Origin: Deltaproteobacteria bacterium
GTDB lineage: Bacteria > Desulfobacterota > Binatia > UBA9968
DNA: 46,252 nt
Assembly: GCA_016180805.1 (NCBI GenBank)
Contig: JACPAM010000277.1
Coordinates: forward strand, 1 to 46,252
Reading direction: 5' to 3'
The stretch's first letter is position 1; each line of letters starts with the position of its first letter. The notes beneath the pieces are model-generated. The model did no database searches. It was not told where the DNA came from and worked only from the letters and a program-made list of their open reading frames with translations. The position numbers and the translations under genes are program-made. This document shows, piece by piece, positions 27,857 to 37,782 of this stretch.

Positions 27857-28729
27857 TCAACGGGCAGCGGCGAGCTTGACCAGTCCTGTTGTCAGCGCTG
27901 TGCCGAAGAGAATAATGGCCGTCCCTGCGAGCATGTGACCCGTGACGGGTTCGTGCAGGAATAGCCATCCCCACAGCATGCCAAAGACGGGAATCAAAAA
28001 GGTCACTGCGATGGCCCCGATCGCGCCTATGTTCCGGATCAAGTGGAAGTACAGGATGTACGCGATTCCGGTGGATAGCACACCGAGCGCAATGGCCGAT
28101 GACCAGGCGGTGAAACTTGGTGCCGTCAAAGGTACAGCCCACAACGCGAAAGGCAGGAGGATGAGCGCAGCACTTATCTGGCTTCCCGCTGCGACCACCG
28201 GCGGATGGACGTCACGAAGGCGCTGATTGGCATAGTTTGCGCCTATGCCGTAAAGCAGCGCCGCAGTCAGAGCCGTCACGACCGCTAGACCGCTCCCCTC
28301 CGCTTTGAACGCTACTTTGTCCCACACGAGCACCATCACCCCTGTAAAGCCGAGCAAGAGCCCTATAACCCGAGTCACGCCCAGCCGATCTTTCAGCCAC
28401 AGCCAGCCGACGATCGCGGCAAAGAGCGGCGAAGTGGAGTTAAGGATCGAGGTAAATCCGGCAGTTAAGCTCAACGTGGAGTAGGCGAGCAGCGAGAACG
28501 GAATGGCCGAATGGATGATGCCGAGAAGAAATATCTGTTTCGCATTTTCCTTGATGTCAGCCAGCCGGTATCTCAGCCACAGTGCCGGGAGGAGAAAGAG
28601 ACCTGCAATAGCGACGCGAAGCTCGACGAGCGGAAGCGGGCCGAATTCGGGGACGGCGATGCGCAAGAAGAGAAAGGAGCCGCCCCAGAGCGCGGCCAGG
28701 ATGACGAGTCGGAGCAGATTACCGAGCAT
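27857..28729 (-). CDS. EamA/DMT family transporter
   Basis: LWGGSFLFLR, 10 TMs, two EamA repeats, FLIPVFGMLWG.LFLHE. Confidence 0.93.
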   Translation of the reverse strand: MLGNLLRLVILAALWGGSFLFLRIAVPEFGPLPLVELRVAIAGLFLLPALWLRYRLADIKENAKQIFLLGIIHSAIPFSLLAYSTLSLTAGFTSILNSTSPLFAAIVGWLWLKDRLGVTRVIGLLLGFTGVMVLVWDKVAFKAEGSGLAVVTALTAALLYGIGANYANQRLRDVHPPVVAAGSQISAALILLPFALWAVPLTAPSFTAWSSAIALGVLSTGIAYILYFHLIRNIGAIGAIAVTFLIPVFGMLWGWLFLHEPVTGHMLAGTAIILFGTALTTGLVKLAAAR

Positions 28730-28735
28730 CAGAAA

Positions 28736-29410
28736 CTAAGCCGGGGTGAGCCGTTGTTCCAGATAGCGCGCATAGCGGGACATGCCGTAGGCGCAGAACC
28801 AGTAGACGACCGCTATGAAAAGGTAGAGCTCGAAGGGGCGGATTTCGCGGTTGTTGACGATTTGCGCGGCCTTGGTGAGGTCGACGTAACCGATGATCGA
28901 GGCGAGCGAGGTATCTTTGAGCAGGACGATGAACTGGGTCACCAGGGCCGGGATCATGTTCTTTAAGGCTTGCGGCAGAACGACGCAGCGCATGGTTTGC
29001 CCGTGCGTCAGGCCCGTGGCGGTCGCCGCCTCGACCTGTCCCTTGGCAACGGACTGGATCCCGGCGCGGACGATTTCGCCGAGGTAGGCGGCTTCGAAGA
29101 AGACGAAGGCTGCCAGGGCGACGCCGTACTCCGGTATGGGGAGGCGCAGGAGCACCGGAATGATGAACCAGAACCAGAAGATCACCATGACGAGCGGCAC
29201 GCCGCGGAAAAACTCCACGTAGAGCGTTGCGGGAACGCGAACCCATCGGGAGCGAGCAAGCCTTCCGATGCCGATGAAGATTCCTAAAAGGAAACCCAGG
29301 ACGATGGCGGGGATCGCCAGCCGAAGCGTGCCGCCCGTGAAGCTTCCGATGCCCAAGAAGCCTTGTGCCAGGAGAAATTGGGAGTTGTTGAGGATGACGC
29401 CGAAGTCCAT
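28736..29410 (-). CDS. Polar amino acid ABC permease
   Basis: YVEFFRGVPL, EIVRAGIQSV.KGQ.EAA, LLKDTSLA. Confidence 0.93.
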   Translation of the reverse strand: MDFGVILNNSQFLLAQGFLGIGSFTGGTLRLAIPAIVLGFLLGIFIGIGRLARSRWVRVPATLYVEFFRGVPLVMVIFWFWFIIPVLLRLPIPEYGVALAAFVFFEAAYLGEIVRAGIQSVAKGQVEAATATGLTHGQTMRCVVLPQALKNMIPALVTQFIVLLKDTSLASIIGYVDLTKAAQIVNNREIRPFELYLFIAVVYWFCAYGMSRYARYLEQRLTPA

Positions 29411-29416
29411 GCTCAG

Positions 29417-29527
29417 CCCCGATCCGAAAAGGACCCCGTATTGGAGCGACGGAAATCATCTATGGGTGCCATCCTTACTGCTCGGCATGAGATCGGCGGG
29501 TGCATCGCGATATCCATCGGATCGGGG
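29417..29527. mobile_element. 111-bp MITE-like insertion
   Basis: Perfect 11-bp terminal IR CCCCGATCCGA/TCGGATCGGGG; TCAG direct repeat on both sides (29413-16, 29528-31). Confidence 0.7.
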
Positions 29528-30253
29528 TCAGTGCTCCGCGGGGCTGACTCTCGCGATCATCCCCGGAATGGCGACTCGACGCTCGACCCGCGCCATGATG
29601 GCGGCGATAGTGAGGCAGAGAACAAGGTAGATCAGGGTTCCGGCGGTGAGCGCCTCGAAGGCCTTTGCCGTGTAGGCTTCGATCTGGCGTGTTTGGAAGG
29701 TGAGCTCGGCGACGCTGATGGTGAGCGCTACGGAGGAGTTTTTGAGCAAGTTGAGAGATTCATTGGTCGCCGGAGGGATGATCAGCCGAAGCGCGATTGG
29801 AACGATGACGAGACGGTAGGTTTGGGCAGTCGTGAGACCCGTGGAAAGGGCTGCCTCGAACTGGGTTTTCGGAATCGATTGAATTCCGGAGCGGATCGTC
29901 TCGGAAAAGCGAGCGCCGTGGTAGATGCCCAGGGCAAACATGCCGGCGAGGAACTCAACCCCATGAACGTAAAGCCAGTCCTGGACCGGCCTGGGGAGCA
30001 TAGGAGGGACGGCGAAGTACCAAAAGAACATCCAGACCAGGAGTGGCACATTGCGGAAGAACTCGACATAAAAGGCGGCAAGCGCGGCGAGCGGCTTAAA
30101 TGCGACCGTCCGCAGCGCGCCGGACACGATCCCCAGGGCAGCCGCGAGCGTCCAGGCGAGGGCTGAAATGTTGAGCGTAGTAAGAAGGCCCTGGAGCAGC
30201 CAGTGGCCGGATTGACCGGTCCACAGAACGCTCCAGTCGAAAGTGTAGCTCAT
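29528..30253 (-). CDS. Polar amino acid ABC permease
   Basis: MSYTFDW, YVEFFRNVPLLV, IRSGIQSIPKTQFEAA, LLKNSS. Confidence 0.93.
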   Translation of the reverse strand: MSYTFDWSVLWTGQSGHWLLQGLLTTLNISALAWTLAAALGIVSGALRTVAFKPLAALAAFYVEFFRNVPLLVWMFFWYFAVPPMLPRPVQDWLYVHGVEFLAGMFALGIYHGARFSETIRSGIQSIPKTQFEAALSTGLTTAQTYRLVIVPIALRLIIPPATNESLNLLKNSSVALTISVAELTFQTRQIEAYTAKAFEALTAGTLIYLVLCLTIAAIMARVERRVAIPGMIARVSPAEH

Positions 30254-30254
30254 T

Positions 30255-31118
30255 TTAGAAAAGAGGCGCGAGGCGAGAGGCTTTAGGCAACAGCCATACG
30301 GGGAGAAGACCGGGTTTACTGTTGCCTTTCGGGCCGAACCATTTGTCGTAGAGCTCAAAGTATTTCCCCGACTCGATGGCCTCCATCAGCCCGACATTGA
30401 CCAGGTGGCGGAAATCGGACTCGTTTTTCCTCATCGCCATGCCGTACGGCTCGTAGGAGTAGAAATCGCCGACGATCTGCCATTCGTTCGGGTTCGGGGC
30501 CTTGGCCTTGAGGCCGGCCAGCTGAATGCCATCGTTCGTGTAAGTGTCCACCTGACCCTGGGCAAGCGCCTGGAAGGCGGCGGGCTGGTCGGGGAACTCG
30601 CGCAGGATGGCTTTGGGAACGGTCTCGCGGACGATCCTCGCGTTGGTCGAGCCCTGCTGGGCGGCCACGCGCTTCCCGGCGATCCCTTTGATGCTTTTGA
30701 TGGGGCTCCCTTTTTTCACCAGAAACTGCGCGCCGGTGACAAAGAAGGTGAGGCTAAAATCGACGCTCTCGCGCCGCGGGCGGGTGTCGGTCATCGTCTC
30801 CGCGATCAGGTCGACGGCGTTGGACGTAAGCAGCGGGATGCGGGTTGCGTGAGCGGACTCCTTCTTCTCCACCTTGATGGGCTGGCCGATCTTCCGCGAC
30901 AGAACCGGAGCGATCGCCTGCTCCACCAGGTCGATGGAGAATCCGACCCACTCGTTCTGTTTGTTAATGAAGGCGAACGGGGGAGAGCCGGTCCGAGTGC
31001 CGATGGTGAGAACACCGGTGCGGGAGACCTTCTCCAGCGTGGTCTCCGCATGGGCCGAAACCGCGACGGCAAGAACCACCGCGAATGTCATAACAAGACG
31101 CATCAGGGGTTTCATCAC
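30255..31118 (-). CDS. Polar amino acid ABC substrate-binding protein (family 3)
   Basis: Signal peptide, PPFAF, GFSIDL, RIPLL, VDFS, EPYG..MRK, YDKWF; C-terminal tail looks atypical. Confidence 0.88.
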   Translation of the reverse strand: MMKPLMRLVMTFAVVLAVAVSAHAETTLEKVSRTGVLTIGTRTGSPPFAFINKQNEWVGFSIDLVEQAIAPVLSRKIGQPIKVEKKESAHATRIPLLTSNAVDLIAETMTDTRPRRESVDFSLTFFVTGAQFLVKKGSPIKSIKGIAGKRVAAQQGSTNARIVRETVPKAILREFPDQPAAFQALAQGQVDTYTNDGIQLAGLKAKAPNPNEWQIVGDFYSYEPYGMAMRKNESDFRHLVNVGLMEAIESGKYFELYDKWFGPKGNSKPGLLPVWLLPKASRLAPLF

Positions 31119-31124
31119 TCCTCC

Positions 31125-31788
<664 letters not shown>

Positions 31789-31875
31789 GGGTGTGAAGCC
31801 AGCCCGTCCGGCCGATTGCAAAATACCGGATCGCATACTATATGATCAATGGCTTTTTGCAAGGTTCAGAGGCGT

Positions 31876-32334
31876 ATGGATTTTTATTTGGTCCGGCATA
31901 GCCAGGCGAAGCCCGAGGCGGAAGATCCGCGCCGGCCGTTGAGCGATGAGGGGCGCAGGGAGGCGGAGAAGGTGGCGCGTGCCGCCGCTGCCAGAGGAGT
32001 ACGGGTTTCCGCCATCCTTCATTCGGACAAGCTCAGGGCTCGACAGACGGCGGAGATCTTCCGGCAATTTCTCGCTCCAGCGGGAGGGACCCGGGAGGCG
32101 CGGGGGCTGGCACCGGACGACGACCCCATGGTAGCCAGGGCCGAGCTGGAGGAGGCCGCCGAGCCGTTAATGCTGGTGGGGCATCTGCCCCATCTCGGGC
32201 GGCTCACCTCTCTTCTAGTGGCGGGAGATCCGGAAAGGGTCGTGGTCGACTTTCCGAGCGCGGCGCTGGTTTGCGTCTCGCTTGCGGAAGGACGGTGGCG
32301 GCTTCAGTGGACGCTCACGCCGCAAACCGCGTGA
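31876..32334 (+). CDS. sixA: Phosphohistidine phosphatase SixA
   Basis: YLVRH, RPLS..G, HSDKLRARQTAE, LVGHLP. Confidence 0.9.
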   Translation: MDFYLVRHSQAKPEAEDPRRPLSDEGRREAEKVARAAAARGVRVSAILHSDKLRARQTAEIFRQFLAPAGGTREARGLAPDDDPMVARAELEEAAEPLMLVGHLPHLGRLTSLLVAGDPERVVVDFPSAALVCVSLAEGRWRLQWTLTPQTA

Positions 32335-32433
32335 GCCACAGTTGACCCCGGAAGAAGGATGGTCTAATTAAAAGGGTGGGGCAAACACCAAGGCGCACAG
32401 TCCTGGTCACAGGGCGGAGAGAAGGTAATCCTT

Positions 32434-33723
32434 ATGACTTCGGAGACTCTGACAGTCATCGATAATCGGACCGGTAAGAAATACGAAATCCCGATCCATG
32501 ACGGGGCGATCAATGCCACGGATCTGCGCCAGATCAGGATCGGAGAGGACGACGTCGGCCTGGTGAGCTACGACCCGGCCTTCATGAACACGGCGTCCTG
32601 CCAAAGCAGGATCACGTTCATCGACGGAGATAAAGGGATTCTGCGCTACCGCGGCTATCCGATCGAGCAGTTGGCCGAGAAGAGCACCTATCTGGAGACC
32701 GCCTATCTGGTCCTCTATGGCGAGCTTCCCACTGAGTCCGAGTTAGATGAGTGGTCCTACAATATCACTCATCACTCCATCCTCCATGAGAACATCAAGA
32801 AGTTTATCGACGGGTTTCATCACGACGCGCACCCGATGGGCATGGTCGTGAGCGCGGTGGGGGCGCTTTCCACGTTTTATACCGACGCCAAGAACATCTT
32901 TGATGTCGAGTCGCGAAAAAAGCAAACCCATCGGCTGATCGCCAAGATGCCGACCCTGGCGGCTTTTGCGTATCGCCACAGCATCGGCATGCCCTATTCC
33001 TACCCGGATAACGACCTGAGCTACACGGGAAATTTCCTCAACATGCTGTTTAAGATGACCGAGCTCAAGTACAAGCCCAATCCGGTTTTGGAAAAGGCCA
33101 TGGACGTACTCTTCATCCTGCACGCGGACCACGAGCAGAATTGCAGCACCAATGCGATGCGGAGCGTGGGGAGCTCGCACGCGGATCCCTACTGCGCGGT
33201 CGCGGCCGCGACCGCGGCGCTCTATGGCCCGCTGCACGGCGGGGCCAACGAGGCCGTGTTGCGGATGCTCATGGAGATCGGCTCCAAGAGCAAGGTCCCT
33301 GAATTCATCAAGAAGGTTAAGGAAGGGCAGGGGCGGCTGATGGGCTTCGGGCACCGGATATACAAGAATTACGATCCGCGGGCCAAGCTCATCAAGCAAA
33401 TCGCCGACCAGGTCTTCGAGGTCAGAGGAAGAAACCCGTTATTGGTTATCGCGCTCGAACTCGAGCGCATCGCTCTGGAGGACGACTATTTCATCAAGCG
33501 AAAGCTCTATCCCAACGTCGATTTCTATACCGGGCTGATCTATCAGTCCATCGGTTTCCCCACCGATATGTTTGCCGTCCTGTTCGCGATCCCTCGGACA
33601 TCCGGCTGGGTGGCCCAGTGGGAGGAGATGCTGCTCGATTCCGATCAGAAAATCGCGCGCCCCCGCCAGCTCTATAAGGGACCGGACAAGCGCGATTACG
33701 TGCCTATGGAGCGGCGAAGGTAA
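32434..33723 (+). CDS. gltA: Citrate synthase
   Basis: ILHADHEQNCST, GPLHGGANE, LMGFGHR.YKNYDPRA, YPNVDFY. Confidence 0.97.
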   Translation: MTSETLTVIDNRTGKKYEIPIHDGAINATDLRQIRIGEDDVGLVSYDPAFMNTASCQSRITFIDGDKGILRYRGYPIEQLAEKSTYLETAYLVLYGELPTESELDEWSYNITHHSILHENIKKFIDGFHHDAHPMGMVVSAVGALSTFYTDAKNIFDVESRKKQTHRLIAKMPTLAAFAYRHSIGMPYSYPDNDLSYTGNFLNMLFKMTELKYKPNPVLEKAMDVLFILHADHEQNCSTNAMRSVGSSHADPYCAVAAATAALYGPLHGGANEAVLRMLMEIGSKSKVPEFIKKVKEGQGRLMGFGHRIYKNYDPRAKLIKQIADQVFEVRGRNPLLVIALELERIALEDDYFIKRKLYPNVDFYTGLIYQSIGFPTDMFAVLFAIPRTSGWVAQWEEMLLDSDQKIARPRQLYKGPDKRDYVPMERRR

Positions 33724-33728
33724 CGGCG

Positions 33729-34040
33729 TTACGTCTTAAAATCGGGGTAGCCGATCTTTGCGGTCTTCTCCTTGTAATCTCTGACAAGCTCTTCCCTGGA
33801 TATCTCGTGTGCCCAGACCGCTTCGGTCCAGCTCCAAAGCGTGAACGGGTGGGCGCCGAGGCCGTAGAGCTTGGCGTAATCCCGGTTGCAGAGAGCCTCG
33901 CGCTCCTCCGGGGTGAACTTCAGCTTCTCGCCTTTCTCCCACTTCGCCACGAAGGCTCGGGGAGCGGTCTTATATTCCTTTTCCGCCGCCTCGTTCATGT
34001 TTACGTAATGGATGAACTTGTTCATCAGGTATTTGCTCAT
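33729..34040 (-). CDS. LigA-like small subunit of a class III extradiol dioxygenase
   Basis: MSKYLMNKFI, FTPEEREAL..RDYAKLY.LGAHPF; coupled to the LigB-like gene. Confidence 0.78.
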   Translation of the reverse strand: MSKYLMNKFIHYVNMNEAAEKEYKTAPRAFVAKWEKGEKLKFTPEEREALCNRDYAKLYGLGAHPFTLWSWTEAVWAHEISREELVRDYKEKTAKIGYPDFKT

Positions 34041-34894
34041 ACCGACGCCCCCTCCTTCGCGTCCCAGGAGAAGAACGGAACGGCTGGGAATCCCGCATCC
34101 ACGCCTTCGGCGTGGGAAGCCCGGGATGCATTGGCCACCCCCATCATCATGAGGAAGTTCAAAAAGCCGTGGGTCATGTTGCCCGATTTCTTGAGCTGAT
34201 TGAATGAGCAGTTGTTCACGGCCCCCTGGGCGTCGCCATTGGCGATCCAGCCTATGGCCTTTGCGTCAAACTCCGGATCCATCAGGCGTCCCTCAAACTG
34301 CCTGGGGCCGCCTATCTCCAGGGACAGATGACCGCTGACAAGGACGCCGATTCGTTTGTTCGTCGGCAACGCGTCAACGACTGCGCGAATGGCTCGCCCG
34401 ACCTCGTAGAAGCGCTTGGGTCGCGGCAGCGGCGGGGCGATGCAGTTGGTCAGGATCGGGACGATCGGAATGTCCGTCTCCGGCCGGACGAACATCAGCG
34501 GAACGACGATGGAGTGATCGATGGTGAGCTCGTTGGAGTACGCAAGGTCCACCCCTTGGTCAAAGAGCCCTTCCATGATCTGGTCGGAAAGCTCGACGTC
34601 GCCGGGAAGCCGGCAGGGGGGAAGCCCGAACTCGCGGATTTCGTCGTAAAAGGTCCCGTCGTACGCGTCCATCTTCCCGATGAGAAAAGGCGGCATGTTA
34701 TCCATGAAGAACTGGTGCAGGTGGTCGTTGCCGATGGCGATGAGAACATCCGGCTGTGCCTGCTTGAGTTTTTCCCGCATCAGGTCGATCCGCTCGATGA
34801 CCTTGGCGCAGCCGGGCGGCCGGTTCGGCCGGCCGAAGAGCCGCGGCATGAAAGGATTGTGGGTGATGCCGATGATGGTGACGATCCGGGCCAT
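34037..34894 (-). CDS. Class III extradiol ring-cleavage dioxygenase large subunit (LigB-like)
   Basis: THNP, NDHLHQFF.DNMP, IDHS..VP, SGHLSLEIGG. Confidence 0.88.
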   Translation of the reverse strand: MARIVTIIGITHNPFMPRLFGRPNRPPGCAKVIERIDLMREKLKQAQPDVLIAIGNDHLHQFFMDNMPPFLIGKMDAYDGTFYDEIREFGLPPCRLPGDVELSDQIMEGLFDQGVDLAYSNELTIDHSIVVPLMFVRPETDIPIVPILTNCIAPPLPRPKRFYEVGRAIRAVVDALPTNKRIGVLVSGHLSLEIGGPRQFEGRLMDPEFDAKAIGWIANGDAQGAVNNCSFNQLKKSGNMTHGFLNFLMMMGVANASRASHAEGVDAGFPAVPFFSWDAKEGASV

Positions 34895-34947
34895 GTTCCT
34901 TCCTCCGTGGAAAAATTTTCGCGGGTGTTGTCTTGAAGGTGTGCTTG

Positions 34948-34990
34948 CCGTCGCTACCTCTAGCAAAGCCACCCGGCTTTTGCAACTCTG
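34948..34990 (-). promoter_or_regulatory. Conserved promoter/operator motif, copy 1
   Basis: TTGCAA-17-TAGAGG with TG; 33/43 identical to 38372-38414. Confidence 0.6.
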
Positions 34991-35079
34991 AATAAGCTTT
35001 GTTCTCCGGCCATACTGATACAAACGACTTGACTCGTGTTACGTTTTCTCAGGGGGCAAGCCTTCCGGCCGCGGCTGGA

Positions 35080-35112
35080 GGGGACTGGCTCCGCGAAGCG
35101 GTGCCTGTCCCC
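35080..35112. repeat. REP-like hairpin GGGGAC...GTCCCC
   Basis: ggggactggctccgcgaagcggtgcctgtcccc. Confidence 0.55.
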
Positions 35113-35203
35113 GGCTCCCTCGGGAAGCCCGCTCTCGGCTGCGGCCGATGGGTTCGTGCCATGAGTCGTGCCGTCTGTAATCGGACGTCCGCAGCCTCGC
35201 TCG
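35113..35203 (+). repeat. Modular palindromic repeat, copy B
   Basis: 6 differences in 91 nt from the reverse complement of copy C. Confidence 0.9.
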
Positions 35204-35265
35204 CCCCGTGGAGTGCGGTCTTGACCAAGAGGGTGGTTCCTCGACCGCGCAGTTACTCAACGGGG
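35204..35265. repeat. 62-bp CCCCG...CGGGG palindromic element nested in repeat B
   Basis: ccccgtggagt/actcaacgggg (10/11 IR), inner gcggtc/gaccgc, ctcg on both flanks. Confidence 0.6.
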
Positions 35266-35368
35266 CTCGGTCTGCGTCCTTTGGTCTCGCCCCCTTCGGG
35301 AGCTGTTGTCGTATCAGAGGAGAAGTTGTAACCATTTTTATTTCGTTTGTATTAAGAGCATCGGGTGC

Positions 35369-35397
35369 TTGACAAAGTTCGGCCGCTGGCCTAGCAT
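35369..35397 (+). promoter_or_regulatory. Sigma70-type promoter
   Basis: TTGACA-17 nt-TAGCAT. Confidence 0.5.
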
Positions 35398-35479
35398 TTC
35401 GCGCCACAGCGGGTGTTGACCGAAGATAGTCGGAGCGCTGAAAAGATTCTCTATTAACCGCTTAACAGGAGGTTTTGTC

Positions 35480-36514
35480 ATGCGTAAAGGAAGATTTTTA
35501 ATGGTCGGTTTGGCGCTCGTTCTGGGGTTGACCCTCGGCGCGGGACAAACGATCGGCGCCCCGGTCGATGATCTGGTGGCTGCCGCCAAGAAAGAAGGCG
35601 TGATCGAAATGCTTGCTCCCTCCACGCTGACGCCGAAAGGGGGGCAGGCGCTGATAGATGCCCTGAACCAACGCTACGGCCTTAACATTAAGCTCAGCTA
35701 TCACCCTTCAGCCAACATGACCGGCGATGTGGCGAAAGTGATAGGTCGCGCAGCGTCGGGAGTTTCTCCCGAATGGGACATCATGATTGTCACCGATTCC
35801 CACCACGGCTCCTTATGGCTGAGAAAGCAACACACGATCTACGACTACAAAAAACTCGGCATCGATCCGCAATTGGTTCACTATGACAGCGGCGCGGTCT
35901 CCTTCGCCAATCAGATCATCCTTCCCGCCTACAATCAGAAGATCTTGCCCGCGAAAGATGTCCCAAAGAGGTGGGAGGATATCCTTGATCCTAAGTGGAA
36001 GGCGAAGATTGGGGTGCCCCACTCCGTACATCACTTCGCGCGTTTAGCCGCTGGACCTTGGGGTGAAGAGAAGACAACGCAGTTCGTAAAGAGGCTGGCT
36101 GCGCTTGAACCCTTCATCGGTACACCGGCCCAGATGTATACCCGACTTCAATTGGGCGAGATTCTTCTCGTATCGAACATCCAGGATAGCTTTATCCATC
36201 AGGCGGTAAGGAAGGGAGCGCCTCTTGCCCAGGCCCATGGGATTGAGCCGGTGCCGTCGCCCGCTTACCATGTGGGCGTGCTCAAGGGAGCGCCTCACCC
36301 CAACGTGGGGCACCTTTTCGCTGCCTTTATGACCACGCCCGAAGCACAGAAGCTCTGGGAGAAGTACTCCGGCCACACTTCAGCCTTTGTGCCGGGAACG
36401 GAAGTCTACAATTATGCCCAGAAACACAAGATGGTCTTTATGACCCAGGACCAGGCGGAGATGGTCGATAAGCTGACCGCCGCTTACGTCAAGATCATGG
36501 GCTTTACGCGGTAG
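35480..36514 (+). CDS. Orphan ABC solute-binding protein (AfuA/FbpA-like fold), paralog 1
   Basis: Signal peptide, AAAKKEG, PAYN, PKRWEDILDPKWK.KI, APHPN..HLF..F. Confidence 0.88.
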   Translation: MRKGRFLMVGLALVLGLTLGAGQTIGAPVDDLVAAAKKEGVIEMLAPSTLTPKGGQALIDALNQRYGLNIKLSYHPSANMTGDVAKVIGRAASGVSPEWDIMIVTDSHHGSLWLRKQHTIYDYKKLGIDPQLVHYDSGAVSFANQIILPAYNQKILPAKDVPKRWEDILDPKWKAKIGVPHSVHHFARLAAGPWGEEKTTQFVKRLAALEPFIGTPAQMYTRLQLGEILLVSNIQDSFIHQAVRKGAPLAQAHGIEPVPSPAYHVGVLKGAPHPNVGHLFAAFMTTPEAQKLWEKYSGHTSAFVPGTEVYNYAQKHKMVFMTQDQAEMVDKLTAAYVKIMGFTR

Positions 36515-36592
36515 GAGAACCGAAATACAGCGGGGATCCAATGGGCCAGAAGGGCGAGACGGCTCTCTGAGCGGAACATGGACGGAGCAGCA

Positions 36593-36703
36593 GGGGCGAC
36601 CGAGAGGAGTGCGAGCGAGGCTGCGGACGTCCGATTACGAATGGCACGACTCATGGCACGAACCCATCGGCCGCAGCCGAGCGCGCGCTTCCTGAGGGAG
36701 CTT
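36593..36703 (-). repeat. Modular palindromic repeat, copy C (inverted)
   Basis: Reverse complement reads aagctccctcaggaagcgcgcgctcggctgcggccgatggg...gtccgcagcctcgctcgcactcctctcggtcgc. Confidence 0.9.
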
Positions 36704-36797
36704 GCCAAGCAAGTCCCGGAAGGGTCGATGCGGGAGGCCGTGGAGCGAAGGGAGCCGCGAAGCCCCCAAACTTTGGGTGCAAACTTAGGCTCGCGCC

Positions 36798-37778
36798 TCA
36801 CAAAAGGGGCATGACCTTCTTGGCCCAGGCCTCAACCATCTCGTTGTAAATCCTTTCGGGCGGGGTGAGCATAAAGCGGCTCATCCCGGCCCGCTCAATT
36901 TCCTTGACGCGCGCTGCGCATTCTTCGGGTGTGCCGGCGATGGAGAAGCGGCGGACCAAATAGTCGGTAATGTAGCTCGGGTCAAGCCTGTCTTCCAGCG
37001 GCCTCGTGATATCGAAAGCCTCCATGAACTTTTTCACCCCCGCTAGCTCCTCGGGCGGCACCGTCTCCAGAGTGAAGCGGAAGTTATGATGGGCGCGGTT
37101 GGCCAGGCGCGCGCGCACGGTAGCGCGGGCCCGATCGCCGTCTTTATCCACGCAGATCATGCCCGCCGCGACGAGCTCAATCTCGCCTGGCGAGCGCCCT
37201 ACCTCAGCGGCGCCTTGGGCGATTTTTTCTTTCGCCCATTGGAGCACTCGCAGGTCGAAGCCGCTTCCCAGGATCACGCCGTCGGCGACCTTGCCGGCTA
37301 CCCGCAGGCCCCGGGGACCCTCCGCGGAAATATAAAGGGGCACGGGTAATTTCCCAATCTTGAGACCCAGCTTGCCAGTGGGGAACTCGGCGGGATTGCC
37401 CTGAAGCAGCTCCCGGATGGTCTTGAGACCCTCCTCGAACTTTGCGATTGGCGTAGCTTTTCTTGCCAGGCTGTATACCGGACCGTCGCCGGTTCCCATG
37501 CCCAGGATTGCCCGACCCTCGGAGATCTCGTTCAAGGTAGCCGCCGAGCCCGCCAGCACTGTCGGGTCGCGGTAAACCATGTTGGTGACGGCGGTTGCCA
37601 GGCGCAAGCGTTTCGTGTGACCCGCGCACACGGCCAGGGCCTGGAACGGGTCCAGGCAGTTCAATTGGGCATCGGCGGTGAAGATGCCCTCAAAGCCCAA
37701 CTCTTCTGCCTGTTTCGCTCTTTGAATTCCCTGGGAAACATTTCTGATGGAGCCATGCAGGTTGAAACGGACTGCCAT
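36798..37778 (-). CDS. LLM-class (luciferase-like/Mer-like) flavin- or F420-dependent oxidoreductase
   Basis: AEELGF, RLATAVTN..YRDP, SEGRAILGMGTGD, GPRGLRVAG.VADG, AGTPEEC. Confidence 0.9.
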   Translation of the reverse strand: MAVRFNLHGSIRNVSQGIQRAKQAEELGFEGIFTADAQLNCLDPFQALAVCAGHTKRLRLATAVTNMVYRDPTVLAGSAATLNEISEGRAILGMGTGDGPVYSLARKATPIAKFEEGLKTIRELLQGNPAEFPTGKLGLKIGKLPVPLYISAEGPRGLRVAGKVADGVILGSGFDLRVLQWAKEKIAQGAAEVGRSPGEIELVAAGMICVDKDGDRARATVRARLANRAHHNFRFTLETVPPEELAGVKKFMEAFDITRPLEDRLDPSYITDYLVRRFSIAGTPEECAARVKEIERAGMSRFMLTPPERIYNEMVEAWAKKVMPLL

Positions 37779-37782
37779 GGGA

